A DNA stretch of 43,536 nucleotides from Bdellovibrionales bacterium. Lineage in GTDB: Bacteria > Bdellovibrionota > Bdellovibrionia > Bdellovibrionales > JAMPXM01. The notes under the pieces are model-generated. The model had not been told where the DNA came from and did no database searches. It saw nothing but the letters and a program-made list of their open reading frames with translations. The stretch spans positions 1 through 43,536 of the forward strand of contig JAYUEN010000224.1 of NCBI GenBank assembly GCA_043739185.1. The letters are read 5' to 3'. A program made the position numbers and the translations under genes. This document shows positions 38,420-43,536 of the stretch, piece by piece (position 1 is the first letter of the stretch; each line of letters begins with the position of its first letter).

Positions 38420-39268
38420 ATGAGCTCAAAAAATTACTTTGAAATTCAAAAGTCTCGCAAACTGAAATTGTCTCAGTTACCAACAGTGACCGAGCTCATC
38501 TATAGCTCTGATCTAGATTACCAATCAAAACTCATCGAAAATCAGACTAAAATCGAAGAGTATCAGAGTCTATTATATGCTTCTCGAAAAAAGTCTTTGC
38601 TTATCATATTTCAAGGAATGGATACTTCAGGAAAAGATGGCGCCATTAAACATGTTATGTCAGGCGTAAATCCGCAAGGATGTTCAGTTACAAGCTTTAA
38701 GACGCCAACACTCTTAGAGCGCGATCACGATTTTTTGTGGCGAAGCAATTTGAAACTGCCTGCTCTTGGTCAAATTGAAATCTTCAATCGCTCATATTTT
38801 GAAGATGTTTTAATTACCAAAGTACATCCGGAATTAATTGGTGAAAAGACCAATCCTGATTTTTGGCTCAAACGATATCATGATATTTCAAATTTCGAAT
38901 CCTATTTGCATCGCCAAAAATTTGAAATTATTAAAATTTTTATACATATTTCATTTACTGAGCAAAAAAAACGTCTGCTCCTGCGTTTTCAAGATCCAAA
39001 AAAACAATGGAAGATATCAAGCAGCGATATTCGTGAGAGAACTTATTGGAAAGAATATCAAAAAGCCTACGAAGAATGCATCACCGAGACATCTTCAAAA
39101 CATGCCCCTTGGTATATCGTACCCGGAGATGACAAAAAGAATGCTCGCCTTGCGATTTCTAAAATTTTGGCGAAGCGACTCAAAAAATTAAACCTATGTT
39201 ATCCAGAATTGAGTCAAGCTGAATCTCGCAAGCTCAAAAAACTGCGGACCTTACTTAAAGGCCAATAG
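38420..39268 (+). CDS. ppk2: Polyphosphate kinase 2 family (class III-like)
   Basis: FQGMDTSGKDG, GVNPQG, HDFLWR, FNRSYFEDV, APWYIVP. Confidence 0.92.
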   Translation: MSSKNYFEIQKSRKLKLSQLPTVTELIYSSDLDYQSKLIENQTKIEEYQSLLYASRKKSLLIIFQGMDTSGKDGAIKHVMSGVNPQGCSVTSFKTPTLLERDHDFLWRSNLKLPALGQIEIFNRSYFEDVLITKVHPELIGEKTNPDFWLKRYHDISNFESYLHRQKFEIIKIFIHISFTEQKKRLLLRFQDPKKQWKISSSDIRERTYWKEYQKAYEECITETSSKHAPWYIVPGDDKKNARLAISKILAKRLKKLNLCYPELSQAESRKLKKLRTLLKGQ

Positions 39269-39701
39269 CGCGCCCTTGCAGTTGACTGGTGCAATGCGGA
39301 CAGCGCGTGGCTTGTGGATTGACCGGCATATAACAATAGACACAGATGGGCTCACTGGTTACGGCATCTGTCGAGTATTTAAATTTTGCAATCAATTTCA
39401 TAAGCAGAAAAATGCAAATGCCCACGATGAGAAAGTCGAGTACTTGATTTAAAAACAGGCCGTAATTAAGCGTTGGCGCCCCAGCTGCTTTGGCTTCATC
39501 TAAACTATTGTAAGCAGTCGAACTGAGATTGATAAAGAGTTTTGAAAAATCAATCCCCCCAACAAGTAAACCAACTGGGGGCATAATAATATCATTTACA
39601 AGTGAGCTTACAATTTTTCCAAAGGAGGTGCCAATGATGATTCCGATGGCCAAGTCCGTAACACTTCCTTTTAGAAGGAAGGCCTTAAATTCTTTTAACA
39701 T
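39255..39701 (-). CDS. mscL: Large-conductance mechanosensitive channel with a C-terminal CxxC pair
   Basis: MLKEFKAF, DLAIGIIIG, SLVNDIIMP, YGLFL; CVYC...RCPHCTS. Confidence 0.95.
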   Translation of the reverse strand: MLKEFKAFLLKGSVTDLAIGIIIGTSFGKIVSSLVNDIIMPPVGLLVGGIDFSKLFINLSSTAYNSLDEAKAAGAPTLNYGLFLNQVLDFLIVGICIFLLMKLIAKFKYSTDAVTSEPICVYCYMPVNPQATRCPHCTSQLQGRAIGL

Positions 39702-39729
39702 TCACGCTCCATAGATCATTTTTATGAGC

Positions 39730-40968
39730 TCAATATGCCCAATAAGGGCCACTTGCGAGACTTGAAGACTTGTTTTCAATTCCTGAATAGATCGTTCTTC
39801 CCAAATAAAACGGAAAGCCCCAATCAAACTGCAAAGCACTGCCATTTCCAGCTAAATTATTTAATACGCCATTGGCGCCAGTAAATCCTGCTGTGATTTT
39901 ATCAGTATTGCCGACGTTAAAATTGATACTTGCTGAAACCGAAGTTGATTGCGATTGCTGAACGGCCGTTAAACTTAGCTGAGAAGCCGGACAAAAGAAT
40001 CCTGCAGCATCACTGCATTGGGTAATACTTGAGTCCGGAAAATACAAGCCGTTGGAGCCACTATCTATAAAACTTTGACTATCCGTTGTGCCTTTATAAA
40101 CTGTGGTAAAATTAGCACTGAGATCGGCTGCAAATACTTTCACATTGGTCGGAATATTGTTCGTACTGGTACCAATTCCGATGGTCATGGTTCCACTTGC
40201 AGTTGTGACTCCGCTTGAAGATACTCCGGCAAAGCTTAAGATCACTCCGTTATTATCAACTGGCAAAACGCTTACTGGATTCACCACTTGAGAAGCCAAA
40301 GGCAATGAGGTGCTCGCGCAAGAACTTGTGGTCGGACACGAAAAATAGACGCCGAGATTTGATTGCGTGACACAATAACTGCCGCAATCATACATTAAGA
40401 CTCCAACTCCCAAAATTCCGTTATAACCAACCGCAGGACTAGTTTGCAGATTCGTGCAAGCACCACTTGGCACTGTATAAGCCGCGTTTATCACTTGAAT
40501 GGGCACATAAACCTTGGGCTCACCACCCAAAGCCACATCGGCTCTCTGCACAGGTCCCCAGGTACTTCCGGAGCCAAACTGAGCGCATTCTACGACGGGA
40601 TTTGAACCTACCAAAGTCGTCACCTGAGTGAGCGTGGTTGTACCAAGTGCTGAGCCAAAAACTCTTAACCCATAGCTGCCAGTATCAAGTAAAATATTTG
40701 GAATCGTCGTACAACTTGTTGTATTGTGCTGACATACGGTGACTGAGACACAGGGCTCATTGATATAGCCGTTGGCACCGCAGCTTCCGACTGATACAGC
40801 CATAACATTCGCAGCTGATGAACCTGAATTGAGAGGTGTACTGACGCCAGGAATATTAGTAGCAACCGCATTTACGGTATCTGTACTCCCCGCACAGTTA
40901 ACAAAGCTCAAAGTCTGTAAAATAAATACCAAACCCAAAATGAGAAGTGAGCAAAAATTTTTCTTCAT
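39730..40968 (-). CDS. DUF3443 family protein (pepsin-like aspartic protease motifs)
   Basis: VSVTVC, LLDTGSYGLR, NGILGVG, VDNNGV, FIDSGSNG, FDWGFPFYLGR. Confidence 0.88.
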   Translation of the reverse strand: MKKNFCSLLILGLVFILQTLSFVNCAGSTDTVNAVATNIPGVSTPLNSGSSAANVMAVSVGSCGANGYINEPCVSVTVCQHNTTSCTTIPNILLDTGSYGLRVFGSALGTTTLTQVTTLVGSNPVVECAQFGSGSTWGPVQRADVALGGEPKVYVPIQVINAAYTVPSGACTNLQTSPAVGYNGILGVGVLMYDCGSYCVTQSNLGVYFSCPTTSSCASTSLPLASQVVNPVSVLPVDNNGVILSFAGVSSSGVTTASGTMTIGIGTSTNNIPTNVKVFAADLSANFTTVYKGTTDSQSFIDSGSNGLYFPDSSITQCSDAAGFFCPASQLSLTAVQQSQSTSVSASINFNVGNTDKITAGFTGANGVLNNLAGNGSALQFDWGFPFYLGRTIYSGIENKSSSLASGPYWAY

Positions 40969-41414
40969 TTTAAATCCTGGATTGAAAAGCCCGCAGGCAA
41001 AAGACTTGGATCATACGCCTCGCCGCGCACATCTCTCATATGCCCTGACATTTTAACTGAAACTTTTGAAGAGCTCACATGAATTGGAGCACGCCCGACC
41101 GCTTTTACTTTTTGATTATTTAGTTTTTCATATTCGGCGTGATAATTTCCTAAAACTTGCGAAAGATCTGGATGTTTTATTCCTCGCCAAGTCACCGCAA
41201 ATACCACACCACTAGGAAGAACGAATTCACGCACAGTAATGCCATTCACAATACTTTCTTGAATATTATAGGTTACCTGACTTAAAATTTTTTTACTCGA
41301 AGTTGCCGCAGTCGCATTTACACTTGCTTGTTCGCCTAGCGTAGCAAAGCTAAAACTTGAAAAAAATAGGCTGATCCAAATTGAAATAGTCATCGATATG
41401 CGAACTATCTTCAT
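40965..41414 (-). CDS. DUF2844 family exported protein
   Basis: ATLG, VREFV..SGVVFAVTWRG..HPDLSQVLG, SGHMR..RGEAY; ATG 41414 preferred (track start 41444); coupled to DUF3443. Confidence 0.88.
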   Translation of the reverse strand: MKIVRISMTISIWISLFFSSFSFATLGEQASVNATAATSSKKILSQVTYNIQESIVNGITVREFVLPSGVVFAVTWRGIKHPDLSQVLGNYHAEYEKLNNQKVKAVGRAPIHVSSSKVSVKMSGHMRDVRGEAYDPSLLPAGFSIQDLK

Positions 41415-41559
41415 TCCCCTACCCCTATAACCTGAATTAGACATCTAGTTCGAAACTGGATTTCATTAGTTTACGCCACAAACGCCGTAATTTCTCTATA
41501 TTATATTTTTTTATCATTTCGAAATATAGATAATAATATTTTCTTATAGAACAAAGTCT

Positions 41560-41574
41560 GTCTCAAAATGAGAC
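41560..41574. promoter_or_regulatory. Palindrome GTCTCA-AAA-TGAGAC
   Basis: Perfect 6-3-6 inverted repeat upstream of DUF2844; variants recur in other intergenic regions. Confidence 0.55.
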
Positions 41575-41845
41575 GCTTTTTGTTGTTGAGAAATTCTGCG
41601 GCTCCTGCACCAAAGTATGATTTGGTTGGAGCTGGGGTTTTGAGATCCCGAGCTTTGATTTCATTATGAGGACCGACTACTCGAAGGTCTCGATTAGAGT
41701 TTATTAATAGTATTCACACAAGCTCTAAGTCCTGCATTTTCTTCGGATGAATTCAACACTTTTTGACTGGTTGCCTGAGCCTGAGCTTCGGCGGGAGCTG
41801 AGACATTATTGTGCGCGCTGCCATTATTGGGCTGAAAAAGTTGAA

Positions 41846-42373
41846 TCAGCCCGAATAATTTTTAATAATATCAATTGCAGTGGCCCGAGCCCAGCCATAA
41901 CCTTCAAGTTGATTGATCCTAATATAATCTCTTAAATTCAAAAACTCTCTGAAGCTCGCTATGACTCTCGTAAAGGGCCGATAATTCCAAAAATGTTTCT
42001 CGAGTTTTTTCTTGCGACTTACTTTTGTCACCGCCATTACAATTGCCGAACTGATCGCTCTGATAAACTTTTTGTACGTATAGCGATTCGACAATTTAAT
42101 CTGAAAGTGCAAATGATTGCCGACATTTGCCATTGATAGCACCTTCACTCCATATTTATGCGAAAACTTCGAAATAATTTTGGCGATATTCTTGCGATTC
42201 TCTCTTCGCGCGAACGACCATTCCCCCACAGCTTGCGTCGAGCGCATCGTGAGATGCATTGTATGTTTGGTAACGAGCGGCCTTGGTCCCTGACGAGCTT
42301 TTCTCTTATTAAGTAAGTCACCGCCATAAGCTTTCGGCTGATCCTTTAGGAATTTGATTTGTGGATTTTTCAT
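41846..42373 (-). CDS. HUH Y1 tyrosine transposase, REP-associated (RAYT-like)
   Basis: HLTMRS, NHLHF (HUH), FW..RPFTR, catalytic Tyr in DYIRIN; no tnpB or terminal inverted repeats seen. Confidence 0.85.
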   Translation of the reverse strand: MKNPQIKFLKDQPKAYGGDLLNKRKARQGPRPLVTKHTMHLTMRSTQAVGEWSFARRENRKNIAKIISKFSHKYGVKVLSMANVGNHLHFQIKLSNRYTYKKFIRAISSAIVMAVTKVSRKKKLEKHFWNYRPFTRVIASFREFLNLRDYIRINQLEGYGWARATAIDIIKNYSG

Positions 42374-42382
42374 TCTTGGAGT

Positions 42383-42411
42383 AGCTTAGTGAACGAAGGT
42401 TAATTCGTCAA
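42383..42411 (-). promoter_or_regulatory. Sigma70 promoter of the transposase (near-leaderless)
   Basis: Minus strand TTGACG-N17-TAAGCT, ending 9 nt before the ATG; no RBS. Confidence 0.55.
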
Positions 42412-42563
42412 GAAAAATTTGGGCGGATTCAAGTCCGAAGTGCAACGATATTATGTTCGGTTTTGAAGTAGATCGCCGCTGCTTCATAGGGTGTCAAGAA
42501 GCCAGTATATTTAAGAATTAAACGCCCCGAGGAAATTTGGATCGGTGCTCCGGTTACCCAATC

Positions 42564-42584
42564 GAAGACCCCTGTCTTCTTTTT
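42564..42584 (+). terminator. Orphan intrinsic terminator
   Basis: GAAGAC-CCCT-GTCTTC-TTTTT, with no + strand CDS upstream. Confidence 0.55.
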
Positions 42585-42595
42585 ATGGGCCTAGT

Positions 42596-42662
42596 TTCAA
42601 CTCTAGATTTTGAATCTGGTTTTCGTGGCAACAGCAGCTGTTAGCCGCTTGGCAGTCTCGGT
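42596..42662. repeat. Dispersed intergenic repeat, copy 2
   Basis: Aligns with 17650-17714. Confidence 0.6.
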
Positions 42663-42741
42663 CTCTGGGTGTTAGTGGACCGAATCTGGTTCTGGATCCG
42701 CGCCCGTTAGCTGAGTCCAGACTGCCCGAACCTGAAGTTTT

Positions 42742-43281
42742 CTATTGGCAAAGTACTGATTGGCCAGAAGAGTTGATCAGAGTATATCCACTGCAATTAT
42801 TCATCGCGCCGATTGTTTGGCACATGCCCATTACTGGGCCCGCTGGGCCCAACCAAGTATACTGACCAATACAAACTTGAGCGCCTGTGTTCGTACCACA
42901 ATAAGCTGTCGATGGAGCAATTTGGCCAGTCGCCAAAAGCACACATTGACCAAGACCATTCAATCCGTAACCTGCAGTTGCAGTTGTTGTGGTAGCAGCT
43001 GAACAATAAGTTGGTGAAGCAGCAGGTTGTTGAGTCGCGATATTGATACAAGCTCCGAGATTATTATAAGCGTATCCGTTAGTACCACAAAGATTTGAAG
43101 CAACAGGTACTGTTGGAGCAGCACTAGCTACGCAAACATTGTTTGATATATAGTAAGGAACAACTGGTGTTGCGGGTGCTGCAGTTCCACCGCCTCCTCC
43201 ACTTGAGCAGCTCATGAAGAGTGCTGTGATTTGAAGAAGTGAAGCGATCAGACACAATTGTTTTAAAATAAGTGTTTTCAT
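42742..43281 (-). CDS. Cys-repeat lipoprotein
   Basis: Lipobox-like FMSC, Gly linker, three Y..N..G.C...AT.Q......YC-type repeats. Confidence 0.85.
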   Translation of the reverse strand: MKTLILKQLCLIASLLQITALFMSCSSGGGGGTAAPATPVVPYYISNNVCVASAAPTVPVASNLCGTNGYAYNNLGACINIATQQPAASPTYCSAATTTTATAGYGLNGLGQCVLLATGQIAPSTAYCGTNTGAQVCIGQYTWLGPAGPVMGMCQTIGAMNNCSGYTLINSSGQSVLCQ

Positions 43282-43294
43282 ACTTTACAAATAG

Positions 43295-43310
43295 AGCAAT
43301 CAAAGTGCCA
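43295..43310 (-). promoter_or_regulatory. Sigma54 promoter
   Basis: Minus strand TGGCAC-TTTGA-TTGCT, an exact consensus match. Confidence 0.7.
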
Positions 43311-43536
43311 TCAAATGCCAATAATTAAATACTTGGTATTACTTGAATAAAATGCTTTTTCAGCAAAACCTGAAGCCTTTGCTATGTATAAGTGACAATC
43401 AGATTGCCGCTAATTGGCGCCTGCACGGAGCTTACTGGAGGGTTCTCGGTAAAGTAGAAGGGTCCGAGTTGTGCCAATGGTCTTTGGTCTAGTTTTATTG
43501 ATTGAAGTTAAGGTAACCCATCCCAGACCTTAAGCT

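Noticed and set aside
39255..39350. Zinc-ribbon tail on MscL as a novelty
   Set aside because: A common variant in many bacterial MscL proteins.
41747..41935. 62-aa ORF containing CARCH
   Set aside because: No export signal or RBS and it overlaps the transposase antisense; a chance CxxCH.
43382..43536. Minus-strand protein-like tail (...PISGNLIVTYT*) at the right edge
   Set aside because: An in-frame TAA lies near 43510 and all three frames have stops; it cannot be called without flanking sequence.
1..43536. tRNA, rRNA, CRISPR, prophage or recognised defence systems
   Set aside because: None seen by eye. The caspase appears exported and lacks NLR, gasdermin or Cas neighbours. tRNAscan-SE, Infernal and DefenseFinder were not run.

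Overview
An AT-rich (roughly 40% GC by eye), gene-dense bacterial chromosomal segment. The gene content (many Cys-rich secreted proteins and lipoproteins, degenerate REC-HD-GYP, cNMP-EAL, stand-alone FecR, RAYT transposase, sigma54- and sigma28-like promoters) suggests Bdellovibrionota; this is inference only. I found no rRNA, tRNA, CRISPR array or prophage. Left to right: (1) a calcineurin-like metallophosphoesterase lipoprotein running off the left edge, absent from the ORF track; (2) a lipoprotein divergent from an ECF sigma / membrane anti-sigma / exported caspase-like protease operon, with two back-to-back copies of the same ECF-type promoter between them; (3) a Pro-Thr-stalk lipoprotein, two c-di-GMP phosphodiesterase-family genes and an MTA/SAH nucleosidase with Asn at the catalytic Asp position; (4) a DUF1259-chrA-chrF chromate cluster, a Cys-repeat protein, a dual-specificity phosphatase and a DEAD-box helicase; (5) a four-gene exported operon behind a sigma54 promoter, encoding two CxxCH proteins, a lipoprotein and a Tat substrate; (6) an AI-2E transporter, a beta carbonic anhydrase with an HxH protein, an alpha/beta hydrolase and a GGT-PDZ fusion; (7) a ZIP-Zur-TauE operon with a palindromic operator, then DUF4142, TruC-like, FecR and DUF1513 genes; (8) an acyltransferase/spinster-MFS pair, PPK2, MscL and DUF2844/DUF3443; (9) a RAYT transposase with a candidate sRNA and a dispersed repeat, then a Cys-repeat lipoprotein. 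The best candidates for undescribed systems are the ECF/anti-sigma/caspase module and the sigma54 cytochrome/Tat operon.
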